This document shows, one piece after another, positions 29,207-39,110 of a stretch of DNA of 64,000 bases; position 1 is the stretch's first letter, and each line of letters begins with the position of its first letter. Made by a program: the position numbers and the translations under genes. This DNA comes from Patescibacteria group bacterium. Lineage in GTDB: Bacteria > Patescibacteriota > Microgenomatia > JAMCZE01. Below the pieces are notes generated by a model that was not told where the DNA came from, ran no database searches, and was given only the letters and a program-made list of their open reading frames with translations. Location: contig JAMCZE010000010.1 in the NCBI GenBank assembly GCA_023485845.1, positions 156,046-220,045 on the forward strand, written 5' to 3'.

Positions 29207-30038
29207 CCTTCCAGTCTAGCAAATTCAACAGGGCCTTGCCCACCCGGCCTCCCGGGCGCAGGCGAAAGAGAAAGAAGCGGTTTGCCGGGCTTTGGACCAG
29301 GCCGGGCAACGTGGAAACGGCCGTGCGAAAACCGGACGCTTTAACAACACTGATGGCCTGGGCGTCAAAAGAACCATAGGGATAAGCAAAGGAAACGACC
29401 CGTTTATTAATAATCTGTTCCAACTGCCATTTGCTCTGGAGAATTTCCGTTTGCGACCGGGCGGACGGCAGGCCCCGCAGTCCAACGTGGTGGACGGTGT
29501 GGGCGCCGATCTCCACCAAACCGTCGGCGGCAATTTGGGCAATCTCCCCCGCCGTCATGTGGTCCACAGCCCCAATCATTCCGGAAATAACATATTGGGT
29601 CGCCGCCGCGTGGTATTTTTTCAAAATCGGATAAACGTCGACATAAAAATCACTGTAGCCGTCGTCAAAAGTCAACAGCACCGGCCTTTCCGGCAGAGCT
29701 TTTTTATTATCCAAAACGTCCGCCAGGTCGGCGGCGGTCAAAAAAGAATAACCGGCGTCGGCCAAGGTTTTAACCTCCAGATCAAAAGTCGCCGGGCTGG
29801 TGTCCAGAGACAGACGGGTTTTGTCATCCTTGTTTTGGAGATATTCCACGTAGTGGAACATTAAAATCGGCACTTTGATCTGGCCCGAGGCGCTGGCGCT
29901 ATCCGCCACCAGCTTTTTGATGTCAGCCGGCACTGGCGCCGGAGCCGGTGTCGGCACTCTGGCCCAGGTCATCCCCGCCCAAAAAGCCAGTCCGGTAACC
30001 AATATTAACAGCAGAAAAAACACCCCAATTTTCCTCAC
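29157..30038 (-). CDS. Polysaccharide deacetylase (CE4)
   Basis: N-terminal TM; PILMFH, LTFDDG, HTVHH, FAYPYG. Confidence 0.92.
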   Translation of the reverse strand: MRKIGVFFLLLILVTGLAFWAGMTWARVPTPAPAPVPADIKKLVADSASASGQIKVPILMFHYVEYLQNKDDKTRLSLDTSPATFDLEVKTLADAGYSFLTAADLADVLDNKKALPERPVLLTFDDGYSDFYVDVYPILKKYHAAATQYVISGMIGAVDHMTAGEIAQIAADGLVEIGAHTVHHVGLRGLPSARSQTEILQSKWQLEQIINKRVVSFAYPYGSFDAQAISVVKASGFRTAVSTLPGLVQSPANRFFLFRLRPGGRVGKALLNLLDWKGEQSRGSQTFGPMGAE

Positions 30039-30063
30039 CCGCTAATCATAACATCTTTTAATT

Positions 30064-30099
30064 AGGGAGAGACCCTGCCGCCCCACAGGGTCTCTCCCT
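30064..30099. repeat. REP-like hairpin
   Basis: AGGGAGAGACCCTG-N8-CAGGGTCTCTCCCT, perfect 14-bp stem between divergent genes. Confidence 0.7.
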
Positions 30100-30161
30100 G
30101 CGAAGGTGCAAATTTTGTCAAATTGGAATAAGGGCTGTATAATCAATCTAATTACGAAATT

Positions 30162-30407
30162 ATGGCAATAATTGAAATAAAAGAGGCCACTTACAAACCA
30201 TCCGGTACCTTGCGAATTGTATTGGATACCCCACTAAGTTATCACCAGTTGCTCTCTCTCGCTGGATCAGTTTCTCAAAGATTGAAGAAAATGGCCGAGA
30301 CTCTCGACCCGGATCCAAGCGAAAAGTTCGAGGTAGACGCACGCCCCATGCGCCCTATTGAGGAACCAGAAATTTGGTTCAATCTGGGTAAAAAATACTA
30401 CATTTAG
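30162..30407 (+). CDS. Hypothetical protein
   Basis: 81 aa; TATAAT upstream. Confidence 0.55.
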   Translation: MAIIEIKEATYKPSGTLRIVLDTPLSYHQLLSLAGSVSQRLKKMAETLDPDPSEKFEVDARPMRPIEEPEIWFNLGKKYYI

Positions 30408-30513
30408 GCCGAATGAATTAATCCTTCATGCCCGCCATGACCGCCTTGGTTTGGATAGCAACCCGTTAGACCGCCAAGTGGAATATTATTAGAACCGCTG
30501 AATATTAACTACC

Positions 30514-30882
30514 ATGACAGAAGCAGAAGGAGAAAAATTACGAGGGAAAGTCAATTGGCAAATGAAAGCATCTTCGCCGGGCGGAGCGAGATATATAAGT
30601 GGCCTCGAAGAACTTGAACAGGATATCCCCTTTTTTAAAAAGCGCGATGGTATTGTTTTTTGGCTCTTTCGGGACATTGCGATTGCAAAAGGTAATCCCG
30701 GAGGCGAGCAACAGGATGTTGTCAAAAATGCCAAACTACTGGTGGAGCAAGGCAAACTTACTCAAGATCAATTAAATCATATTTACCACCAATTTGAGTT
30801 TGACCCGGAAACATATCGGCCGCTGAACCTAAAAGCCCAATGGGAAAGAATAGCTAACGCCTTACGAGATAGAACCAGTTAG
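30514..30882 (+). CDS. Hypothetical protein
   Basis: 122 aa ORF. Confidence 0.6.
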   Translation: MTEAEGEKLRGKVNWQMKASSPGGARYISGLEELEQDIPFFKKRDGIVFWLFRDIAIAKGNPGGEQQDVVKNAKLLVEQGKLTQDQLNHIYHQFEFDPETYRPLNLKAQWERIANALRDRTS

Positions 30883-30936
30883 TTTATATTTGAATCTTAC
30901 TAAATAGCCAGGAGCCTAGGATTAATAGGGCGGCGG

Positions 30937-32070
30937 CTAGAGAATAAAGTCTAGATAGTTTTCCCGGTTGATGGCGGAAAACTTGGAACCCGGGTAGGCA
31001 GTAGACCAGCCGATTGGCGCCCGGGGCTTCCTATCACCAAACTTAAATTCAAACCCGGAAAGTTTCCCGTCTTTATCCTCCACGTAGTCCAATTCCGCCC
31101 CAGTGTAGGTCCGCCAAAAATAAGCGGCGGCAAAATCCTGGGTGTAGGCCAGTTTTTTCATCCGCTCAACCATGAGAAAATTTTCCCACAATTGCCCGGC
31201 ATCGTTGCGGTCCCGAAGTGGCTTGTGGTTATCAATAAGAACGTTGCGCACCCCTAAATCATAAAAATAAATCTTATCCATCTTCACCACTTCCTTGCGC
31301 AGATTCCGGCTCAAGCCCTTAAGCCGAAAAATGACATAGGATTTTTCCAATAGGTCAATGTAGCGGGCCACCGTTTCTTTGCCCGCCCTGAGTGCGCCGG
31401 CAAGCTCTGAAAGCGACGCCTGCGACCCAACCTGGAAGGCCAACAACTTTAATAAGTCGCGTATTTGAGCGGAGTTTCGCAACCCGCCAAATTCAATTAA
31501 ATCTTTGTATAAATAAGCGTCGCTCAAATTTTGCAGGTATTCCCGCCGCTGGGTCTCGCCCGGTAGAGAAAAAATTTCCGGATAGGAACCGAAGATTAAT
31601 CTTTCTTCCAACTGCGCGTCCAATTCCGCCCGGTTATGAATTTTTGCCAGCTCCAAAAAAGTCATCGGGAAAAGATGATAGCTCCAGGTCCGGCCCGTGA
31701 GCGGCTCACTGATTTTACTGGCCAAATTCAGCGACGAGGAACCGGTCACCAAAACTTTCAACGGAGCAAGGTTGTCCAGAATAATTTTTAAGTTCAGGCC
31801 AATCTCGGGAATGCGCTGAGCCTCATCAATAAAAAGCAACTCATAACCGGCAGTCAGCGCTTTAATCCTTCCCAAATCCCGGCTGGAAAAAACGTCCTGA
31901 AACCGGCTCTGATCACCGTTAACAGTCAGGGTCTTAAGCCCCAGCTCGCGGATCACCTCATTAGCCAAAGTGGTCTTACCCACCTGCCGGGCGCCATAGA
32001 TCACCACTCCCTTCGACGAGGTTTTAAGCTTACTAACAACCGTTTTAATAAGAATTCGCGGCAACATCAC
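30937..32070 (-). CDS. AAA_14 ATPase with DUF4143 domain
   Basis: GARQVGKT, FIDEAQ, TGSS, LTGR, KIYFYDLG, ELDYV. Confidence 0.92.
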   Translation of the reverse strand: MMLPRILIKTVVSKLKTSSKGVVIYGARQVGKTTLANEVIRELGLKTLTVNGDQSRFQDVFSSRDLGRIKALTAGYELLFIDEAQRIPEIGLNLKIILDNLAPLKVLVTGSSSLNLASKISEPLTGRTWSYHLFPMTFLELAKIHNRAELDAQLEERLIFGSYPEIFSLPGETQRREYLQNLSDAYLYKDLIEFGGLRNSAQIRDLLKLLAFQVGSQASLSELAGALRAGKETVARYIDLLEKSYVIFRLKGLSRNLRKEVVKMDKIYFYDLGVRNVLIDNHKPLRDRNDAGQLWENFLMVERMKKLAYTQDFAAAYFWRTYTGAELDYVEDKDGKLSGFEFKFGDRKPRAPIGWSTAYPGSKFSAINRENYLDFIL

Positions 32071-32114
32071 TGCATATTAGCGCGAATTGCGCCGGTTGTC
32101 AAGCGGAATTAACG

Positions 32115-32861
32115 CTAAATCTGTATCTTTGAGAACAGCCAGGAGCCCAGGACCAGAAGGGCAACAGTGACACCACAGAGAACCAAGAGATCCAAGGACA
32201 GTGGGAAATAGCCGGCGCCGGTCAGGGTCTGGCGCAGGCCGTCGACCCCATAGGACAGCGGATCAATTTTAACCACCACCTCAAGCGCCCCCGGCAGGTT
32301 ACTTAGCGGAAACAGCGCCCCGGACAGGAAAAACAGCGGCATAATCAAGAAATTCATAATTAATTGAAACCCCTGCATGTCTTCCAGCACCGAAGCAATC
32401 GCCGTTCCCAGGGCGGTGAACAGCGTGGCCGTAAGAATCATAATTAAAATTGCCGGGATAACGGACCAGAGGCTGACAGGACGAAACCCGGCCAGTGTGG
32501 CAATAACCAGAACAATCACGCCCTGCAGTGTCGCCACCGTCGCTCCCCCGGCGGTCCGCCCGATCATAATGGACAGCCGTGACACCGGCGCCACCAGGGT
32601 TTCTTTCAAAAAACCAAACTGGCGGTCCCAAATAATTTCAATGCCGGTGAAAACGGAGGTGAACAGCACCGCCATGGCCACCACGCCCGGGGCCAAAAAC
32701 TCCAAATAGTTGCCGGCCCCGGCTTTTTGGAAAACCGGGCCAAAGCCAAACCCGAGGGCCACCAAAAACAAAATCGGCTGGCCCAAAGAACCGACAATGC
32801 GTGAACGGGAGCGCAAATAGCGCTTCAGTTGCCGCAACCATAATATGTATATCGCGTTCAT
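32115..32861 (-). CDS. ABC-2 type exporter permease
   Basis: Six TMs; WDRQFGFLKE, FLSGALFP. Confidence 0.9.
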   Translation of the reverse strand: MNAIYILWLRQLKRYLRSRSRIVGSLGQPILFLVALGFGFGPVFQKAGAGNYLEFLAPGVVAMAVLFTSVFTGIEIIWDRQFGFLKETLVAPVSRLSIMIGRTAGGATVATLQGVIVLVIATLAGFRPVSLWSVIPAILIMILTATLFTALGTAIASVLEDMQGFQLIMNFLIMPLFFLSGALFPLSNLPGALEVVVKIDPLSYGVDGLRQTLTGAGYFPLSLDLLVLCGVTVALLVLGSWLFSKIQI

Positions 32862-32880
32862 AGTTAATTTGAAATTGTTT

Positions 32881-33681
32881 TTATCGTCTCCTCCCCCACA
32901 TTCTTGCTCCGGCGCGCAAATGGTCAATCGCCCCTGCTTCTTCATCACGAATTGCGTGGCCGGTGAGGGTCAGGAAAGCATCCTCCATGGAAGTCTTTTT
33001 TGTCTGTTTTTTCAGCTGGGCGGGGGTGCCGGCAGCAATAATCTTGCCGTGGTCCATAATCGCCACCTTGCCTGCCGGCAGGCAGGCCCGCTCGGCCTCG
33101 TCCATATAATGCGTTGTGAAGAACACGGTGATGTTTTCTGTTTTATTCAAATTTTTGATGTACTCCCAAATATGATTGCGCGTCTGTGGGTCCAGTCCTT
33201 GGGTTGGCTCGTCCAGAAAGAAAATCTTCGGATGATGAAGCAGGCCGCGAGCAATCTCTAACCGCCGCTTCATTCCCCCGGAAAAGTTTTTCACTAAATC
33301 ATTGCGCCGCTCCCAAAGTTCAACAAATTTTAAAAGTTCCTCGGCTCTTTTGCGACCCAGGTCGCGCGGGACACCATAAAGCACTCCATGAAACTCCAGG
33401 TTTTCCCAGGCCGTCAGCTCGTCATCCAGGCTGGGATCCTGAAAAACAATGCCGAAAGCCCGGCGGACTGCCTCCTGGTCGGTCGCCGGGTCGGCGCCAT
33501 TAATTTCAATCCTGCCCGATGTCGGCGCCAAAAGGGTGGTCAGCATTTTAATCGTCGTGGTCTTGCCCGCCCCGTTGGGCCCCAAAAACGCGAAAATCTC
33601 CCCGGCGGCCACATCAAAAGAAATGTTGTCCACCGCCAGAAAATTATTGAACTTTTTTGTCAACCCGGAAACTTTAATCAT
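32881..33681 (-). CDS. ABC exporter ATP-binding subunit (DrrA-like)
   Basis: GPNGAGKT, FSGGM, LDEPT, TTHY. Confidence 0.93.
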   Translation of the reverse strand: MIKVSGLTKKFNNFLAVDNISFDVAAGEIFAFLGPNGAGKTTTIKMLTTLLAPTSGRIEINGADPATDQEAVRRAFGIVFQDPSLDDELTAWENLEFHGVLYGVPRDLGRKRAEELLKFVELWERRNDLVKNFSGGMKRRLEIARGLLHHPKIFFLDEPTQGLDPQTRNHIWEYIKNLNKTENITVFFTTHYMDEAERACLPAGKVAIMDHGKIIAAGTPAQLKKQTKKTSMEDAFLTLTGHAIRDEEAGAIDHLRAGARMWGRRR

Positions 33682-33704
33682 GAAAGTTATGCTATCATTG
33701 GACG

Positions 33705-34727
33705 ATGCCAAAATACAAGCCGGAGATTGACATCCTCAAAGCGACCGCCATTATCGCCGTGGTTTTGATTCACGTCAGCGCCGCCTATATGGCCCACGGC
33801 TACGATCTAATTAACCTGACAGTCAACCAGGCCGCCCGTTTTGCAGTCCCTGTTTTTGTTGCTCTGTCCAGTTTTGGCTTGGCCGGTAAATACCTAGCAA
33901 CTAAGCTGGAGTTGAAAGATTTCTTCGTCCGTCGGGCCCTGCGGCTTTTACCCTGGTTTTTCTTCTGGGAGGTCATCATTTTTGTCACCGTCACCTATGT
34001 TTTGCGCCAAAGCTGGATTCTTTATGACGGGCTGCCATTATGGAAAATTTTTATACTCGGAAAGGCCGATTATCACCTCTATTTCGTGCCAATGATCTTC
34101 GTTCTTTATCTGTTTTTTCCGATATTATTGCAATTTATTAAACGCTTTCCAAAGCTGACCTTGCTAGCTGCTTTTCTGTTTCAAATTTACTGGTATTGGC
34201 AAATCACGACCCAAACCGAACTGCTTTCCAACCGCAATAATGTCTGGACGGACCAAATGCAATATCTCAACCCCCTCACCTGGATTTTTTACTTCGTTTT
34301 CGGCATGTTTTTAGCTCGTGCTAAAAGCTACAAGCTACAAGCTATTAGCCTAGTTGCTTTGTTAGTTGGTCTTGTCTGGACTGTTGCCAGTTCTGGTTAT
34401 CTGATGTCGTCTGGTTTTGAGATCACCGTCGCCACCCGTTTCACCCGCTTCCCGGTCCTACTCTACTCGATTGGGGTAATCTTGTCTGGCCTTCTCGTCT
34501 TACCTTCTCTCCCGCTTACCCGCTTACCCACTTTCCTCACCCGTCTTGGTAAATTATCGTTATTGGTTTATCTCTGCCACACCCTCGTTCTTCGCGCTGT
34601 GCCGCTAACCTTTCCCGAACCGATAGTCTTTATTTTAGTTTTGGCCGGCAGTTATCTCATCGCTGAAGTTTGCTCCCACATTAGCTTCAAGAGACCACCT
34701 CTCGTGAAGCTACTTGCAAAAAACTGA
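33705..34727 (+). CDS. Acyltransferase-3 family membrane O-acyltransferase
   Basis: VVLIH, RFAVPVF, HLYF, VYLCH; many TMs. Confidence 0.88.
   Translation: MPKYKPEIDILKATAIIAVVLIHVSAAYMAHGYDLINLTVNQAARFAVPVFVALSSFGLAGKYLATKLELKDFFVRRALRLLPWFFFWEVIIFVTVTYVLRQSWILYDGLPLWKIFILGKADYHLYFVPMIFVLYLFFPILLQFIKRFPKLTLLAAFLFQIYWYWQITTQTELLSNRNNVWTDQMQYLNPLTWIFYFVFGMFLARAKSYKLQAISLVALLVGLVWTVASSGYLMSSGFEITVATRFTRFPVLLYSIGVILSGLLVLPSLPLTRLPTFLTRLGKLSLLVYLCHTLVLRAVPLTFPEPIVFILVLAGSYLIAEVCSHISFKRPPLVKLLAKN
34681..34712 (+). repeat. REP hairpin, left of RAYT
   Basis: TTAGCTTCAAGAGACCACCTCTCGTGAAGCTA, identical to 35407-35438. Confidence 0.9.
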
Positions 34728-34747
34728 GAATCAACTATGATTAAACC

Positions 34748-35410
34748 ATGGCGGCCAAAAACTCGATCAAGGCTTACATCCCTGATGGCTACTACCATTT
34801 ATATAATCGTGGGGTTGCTAAAAATGATATTTACCACGATGAAGTTGACTACGCAGTTTTCTTATCCTATTTAAAAGCCTATTTGCTCCCCAAAGACGAA
34901 GAAAAACTACTAGCTATTGTTGCTTCTCCCCAGGCTAGTTATAAGGAAAAGTATCAGGCAACGAAGCTACTGAACTTAAAAAATTTCTGCGGGGAAATAA
35001 CCTTGCTGGCCTATGCTCTCATGCCTAATCATTTCCATTTGTTAATCAAGCAAAAATCGGCCAGCACAATCGATAATTTTATGAATGCGTTGGGCACCAG
35101 ATATGCTGGTTTCTTTAATCGCAAATATCATCGGGTGGGGCCGTTATTCCAGGGGGTTTACAAAGCCGTTCCGATCCAAACCGAAGAACAACTACTCCAT
35201 GTCTCCCGATATATTCACTTAAACCCTAAGGGACAAGGAAATCTGCCCACTTCTCTACCAGAATATCTTGGCCAACGCGACACCGCTTGGGTAAATAGCA
35301 GTGACATCTTGCACCACTTTAACAAGAAAAGTCAAAATAACTCTTATATTGATTTTATGAAAGCCGTTCCCGACTTGACCACAATTCCCCAACTATTAAT
35401 CGACCTTTAG
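34748..35410 (+). CDS. REP-associated tyrosine transposase (RAYT, Y1)
   Basis: YHLYNRG, LMPNHFHL, GPLFQGVYK, RYIHLNP. Confidence 0.9.
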   Translation: MAAKNSIKAYIPDGYYHLYNRGVAKNDIYHDEVDYAVFLSYLKAYLLPKDEEKLLAIVASPQASYKEKYQATKLLNLKNFCGEITLLAYALMPNHFHLLIKQKSASTIDNFMNALGTRYAGFFNRKYHRVGPLFQGVYKAVPIQTEEQLLHVSRYIHLNPKGQGNLPTSLPEYLGQRDTAWVNSSDILHHFNKKSQNNSYIDFMKAVPDLTTIPQLLIDL

Positions 35411-35438
35411 CTTCAAGAGACCACCTCTCGTGAAGCTA
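35407..35438 (+). repeat. REP hairpin, right of RAYT
   Basis: Identical 32-mer overlapping the RAYT stop. Confidence 0.9.
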
Positions 35439-35457
35439 ATCGCGGAGACATCCAGTG

Positions 35458-36144
35458 CTACTGGCGCAGCTCTTCGGAGACTTGCTCGATCCGTTGCCGA
35501 ACCTGGGCATTTCGAAAACTCCCTTTAGTCGCCCACCAACCAGTGGCACCGCCAAAGGCCAAACCGGTCAACAAGATGTAATTTTGGACATTACCATCAG
35601 TCGTTTTCCCAGCAAAGTCTAATGCCAGCCCAGCAAGCCCACCGCCCAAAAAGCTGAGAGCCTTGTTTTTTAGGCCTTCTTGGCTAGTAATGTCTGGATG
35701 GCCCAAAACCTCAACCGACTTTTCCAATTGAAGTAGAGAGCCGAGAACACCACCAACCAAGCCACTGGTGAAATATTGGTGACTGCCATTAATAAGGTCA
35801 GCAGATTTGAGAACTATAACAATTCCGGCGCCAAGAAGAAATTTTTCCACCAAAGAACGATCGAACTTCCACTTTTCCCCCCTCAGATAAATAAGGCTTG
35901 CCAGGCCACCGAGCGCAATATTGCCCAGGTCCGTTTCCACTGCCGCTTTGATAAGGGTAAGAGTAGTATTAACCCCCAAATTTCCAGCGTTGCCAGCAAC
36001 ACTCGCCACATCGGGGGCATTGCAGCCGGTCAGAGCCAGGGCACCCAAAATCAACGCCGAGGCAGCGACCACCTTCGGATCAATTTTAATCCCCCGCTTT
36101 TTTTCCGCCGTCTTCTCACCATTACTATAGTCTATTTCTTTCAT
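35458..36144 (-). CDS. Gly-rich membrane protein, possible lipoprotein
   Basis: LALTGC lipobox-like motif; several GxxxG-rich hydrophobic helices. Confidence 0.65.
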   Translation of the reverse strand: MKEIDYSNGEKTAEKKRGIKIDPKVVAASALILGALALTGCNAPDVASVAGNAGNLGVNTTLTLIKAAVETDLGNIALGGLASLIYLRGEKWKFDRSLVEKFLLGAGIVIVLKSADLINGSHQYFTSGLVGGVLGSLLQLEKSVEVLGHPDITSQEGLKNKALSFLGGGLAGLALDFAGKTTDGNVQNYILLTGLAFGGATGWWATKGSFRNAQVRQRIEQVSEELRQ

Positions 36145-36228
36145 GGGTCATATATTAACCTATAATGAAACAAATTTCAACTTCTATAGGTTGATTATTT
36201 AATTATAACATAGTATAATCCCTGCCAT

Positions 36229-36561
36229 ATGGACAAAAATGAGACACGGGGAGCGAGATATAGAGATGTCACTGGAAGATGGCGTAACGCTAGGGATCAG
36301 GGTCGCGAAGCAACTGATGTTGCCATCGGCCAAGGACTAGACCATGACAGCTCTCTGGCAATTGGCCTACACGTTGCTACCACTGCCGGTGGTGTAGATG
36401 CAGCCAAAGAGCTTACACAGATGTACTATCAAGCACAAACGTCCAAAGGGATTATAAGAGTGGTCCTAGCAGAACCAAAAGTTGCCCACAAAAAGAACGA
36501 GGGACCTGGCCTTTTACGCCGTCTTTTCATCGTTGCCTTTGCCAGAAATAAGCCTTATTAA
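36229..36561 (+). CDS. Hypothetical protein
   Basis: 110 aa; TATAAT just upstream. Confidence 0.55.
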   Translation: MDKNETRGARYRDVTGRWRNARDQGREATDVAIGQGLDHDSSLAIGLHVATTAGGVDAAKELTQMYYQAQTSKGIIRVVLAEPKVAHKKNEGPGLLRRLFIVAFARNKPY

Positions 36562-37775
36562 CTCTTTTTTACCCCGATGATGATTTCAATCTCCGCGCTG
36601 GTGGAAGCCAGCGGTTCCACAGCCACGGTTTGATAAGTTTGTAAAAGAAGCGTTTGGAGTCCGGCCACGATTTTCTCCGGAACATCTGACGTCGCTAGGA
36701 TCTTTGTCGTGGTGAAACCCGCCGAGGTGGCGTTTTTGGCGTCCAAAACAGTGTAGCCGTCGCCCTTAAGCGTGTCCGCCAATCGGCCCGCTTCTCCAGT
36801 CACCAGTGTTCCATTAAGAACACGGACCGGATAATCGGAAATCTTGGGTTCGGGGGCTGGCGGTGGGGCTGGCTGCTCAACGACTGGTGAGGGCGTCTCT
36901 GGTTTTTGCTGCCCGACAGTCTTTATAATCACGGCCGTTAAGAGCGCCCCGACAATAATAGCCGCTAAAAGCAGAAGAACTTTTTTGCTTGGCCGGCCGG
37001 CAGGCAGATTGGGCAACCTAAAATTAAATCTCCGACCAGTGCGGGCGGAAAGATTAACAATTTGGTCATAAATATCCGTTGTTGCCAAAGGGGTGATTTC
37101 CAGCCCTTGCTGGGTCCGCAATTTATTAGCTGTTTCCGGGTCAAACACCCCGACGGTGTAGGCTTTTTTGATCCCGTCAAGATTATGATTGGCGACAAAC
37201 TCGCCAAATCGGGTAACAAAAACACTTTTTTCAAAAGCGGCAATCTCGGAAACCGCCCCGTTGAGCGCCACCGCCACAGCAATCTCCTTGTCAAACGAGG
37301 CTAATAGCAAATATTGTCCCTGTTGGGGCAAACCGGTTATCAACACATTAAGGGCACTTTTCACCGCCACCACCTTTTTGCCCGATTCCAAAAAAGGTTT
37401 TTGCAAATCTTCGACCAATTTTTTTTCAAAAGCAACATAAGTTATTTTGTCCTTGCCTAACTGATTATTGGAGATGACTAATTCTTCCTTAAAATAGGGC
37501 AGGGACTGGACAAAACCGTCCACCGGATCGGTGGCGGGCAGGGTTTTAGTGAAAGTTTTGTCCGCCGGCAAAAACAGCGTCACTTCCGGGTCTTCCCGCA
37601 GAGCGTCTTTTTGGGAAAAGGCCATTTTCAATTGGCCGGAAAACTTGGCAGCGTCAGCCACATAAGCATCGCGCAGCACCTCAGGGGAGAAACTGATCTG
37701 GCCGGCAAACAAGCGTGTGCTGCCTTTATAAGCCAATAGTTTCACATTGTCCTTCTCCAGAAAGGCCACTAACAT
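36558..37775 (-). CDS. Membrane protein with C-terminal LytR_C domain
   Basis: TM, Pro-rich linker, VRVLNGT...GEAGRLADTL...IEIIIG. Confidence 0.8.
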   Translation of the reverse strand: MLVAFLEKDNVKLLAYKGSTRLFAGQISFSPEVLRDAYVADAAKFSGQLKMAFSQKDALREDPEVTLFLPADKTFTKTLPATDPVDGFVQSLPYFKEELVISNNQLGKDKITYVAFEKKLVEDLQKPFLESGKKVVAVKSALNVLITGLPQQGQYLLLASFDKEIAVAVALNGAVSEIAAFEKSVFVTRFGEFVANHNLDGIKKAYTVGVFDPETANKLRTQQGLEITPLATTDIYDQIVNLSARTGRRFNFRLPNLPAGRPSKKVLLLLAAIIVGALLTAVIIKTVGQQKPETPSPVVEQPAPPPAPEPKISDYPVRVLNGTLVTGEAGRLADTLKGDGYTVLDAKNATSAGFTTTKILATSDVPEKIVAGLQTLLLQTYQTVAVEPLASTSAEIEIIIGVKKS

Positions 37776-37787
37776 AGCAGTTCTAGT

Positions 37788-38411
37788 CTAGATAAAGTTT
37801 TTAACAAAAGCAAGTCGGTGAAAGCGGCTTGGGCCGTGCTTTTTAATCGCGGCGATGTGTTTCGCCGTTCCATACCCCTTATTTTGGCGCCAGCCATAGA
37901 CACTGCGCTTTTTCATTAATCTGTCCCGGTGAACCTTGGCAATAATGGAAGCGGCGGCGATGGAAAGAGACTTTTGGTCGCCCTTAATAATGGCTCTTTG
38001 ATTGGCCAGTCCCACGCCGGGAATATATTTAATATGGAAAGCGTCCACTAACACAAATTGACGATCCCCGGCCACCTGGGCCACGGCGCTTCGCATGGCT
38101 TTAGCTGTCGCCTTGACAATGCCGTGCTTATTAATAAAGCTCACACTTGCCTCCCCAATCCCCCAGGCCGCGTTCTGTTTAATTATTTTCGCCAGTTCTT
38201 CCCTTTTCTTCGCCGACAGTCTCTTCGAGTCATCAATCTCGTCTAAAAAAGAACCGTTCTTAAAAAGAACAGTTCTTTTTAAGCTAACCGCCCCCGCCAC
38301 GACCGGGCCAGCCAGGGCTCCCCGCCCCACTTCGTCCACCCCGATTACCGTTTTATATCCTCGCCGCCAGGCCTGTTTCTCAAAACCGAAATCCGGTTTT
38401 TTGCTAATCAT
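37788..38411 (-). CDS. rnhB: Ribonuclease HII
   Basis: GVDEVGRGALAGPV, DSK, KGD, AASIIAKVHRD. Confidence 0.96.
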   Translation of the reverse strand: MISKKPDFGFEKQAWRRGYKTVIGVDEVGRGALAGPVVAGAVSLKRTVLFKNGSFLDEIDDSKRLSAKKREELAKIIKQNAAWGIGEASVSFINKHGIVKATAKAMRSAVAQVAGDRQFVLVDAFHIKYIPGVGLANQRAIIKGDQKSLSIAAASIIAKVHRDRLMKKRSVYGWRQNKGYGTAKHIAAIKKHGPSRFHRLAFVKNFI

Positions 38412-38460
38412 CAGCCAATTTTAGCACTCCAACTTGACAAATCGACTATCAAGATGGAAA

Positions 38461-38790
38461 ATGCCATTAATGACAATTAGGGAAAGAAATCGCATTTTAC
38501 ATGGGGTTGACAAGTTAGCTGATAAAAGTGCCAAGGTTGCTTTTAAGTCCGAGGAAAAGGATCAGCCTGTCCACTCTATTAAATCATTATTAGCAGGACT
38601 TGACGGGCTAAAAGGTTATAGTGAGGTAGCGACTTCCTGTAATAGACTTGGGCTGTTGACTTCAGAGGAGAAAGAAGTAGTCGGTGACCACATAAAAGCA
38701 ACACGAAGCGCACTTTCCCACGCCGTTGATGAGGCCTTAACCGATGAGCGGCTTAGGGTCCGGGCGGCTAAGTCCAAAAAGTCCTCTTGA
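38461..38790 (+). CDS. Hypothetical protein
   Basis: ORF following TTGACA-17-GAAAAT. Confidence 0.55.
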   Translation: MPLMTIRERNRILHGVDKLADKSAKVAFKSEEKDQPVHSIKSLLAGLDGLKGYSEVATSCNRLGLLTSEEKEVVGDHIKATRSALSHAVDEALTDERLRVRAAKSKKSS

Positions 38791-38856
38791 TTTCCTAATT
38801 AAGGCAGAGTATACTAGCCCTTGACAACTCCGGAAGGAGTATTTTTTTAGGCTTAT

Positions 38857-39087
38857 ATGGCCAATATTGGCGACAATTTCACGATCACCAGACCGGATTT
38901 TGGCAAGAACCCGGTGGTGTTTTTTCAGGAAGTCAAAGCCGAGTTGTCCAAAGTGATTTGGCCAAAGCGCCCGGAGCTTATTAAACTGACCGCGGTGGTC
39001 ATCGGCGTTTCTGCCCTTGTCGCCGCCTATTTAGGCGGGTTAGACTATATATTTTCTAAAGGGATAGAATTACTGTTAAAAAAGTAG
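38857..39087 (+). CDS. secE: Preprotein translocase SecE
   Basis: EVKAELSKVIWP plus TM; precedes nusG. Confidence 0.95.
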   Translation: MANIGDNFTITRPDFGKNPVVFFQEVKAELSKVIWPKRPELIKLTAVVIGVSALVAAYLGGLDYIFSKGIELLLKK

Positions 39088-39110
39088 CACAATTTAAAAT
39101 TTGTAAAGGT

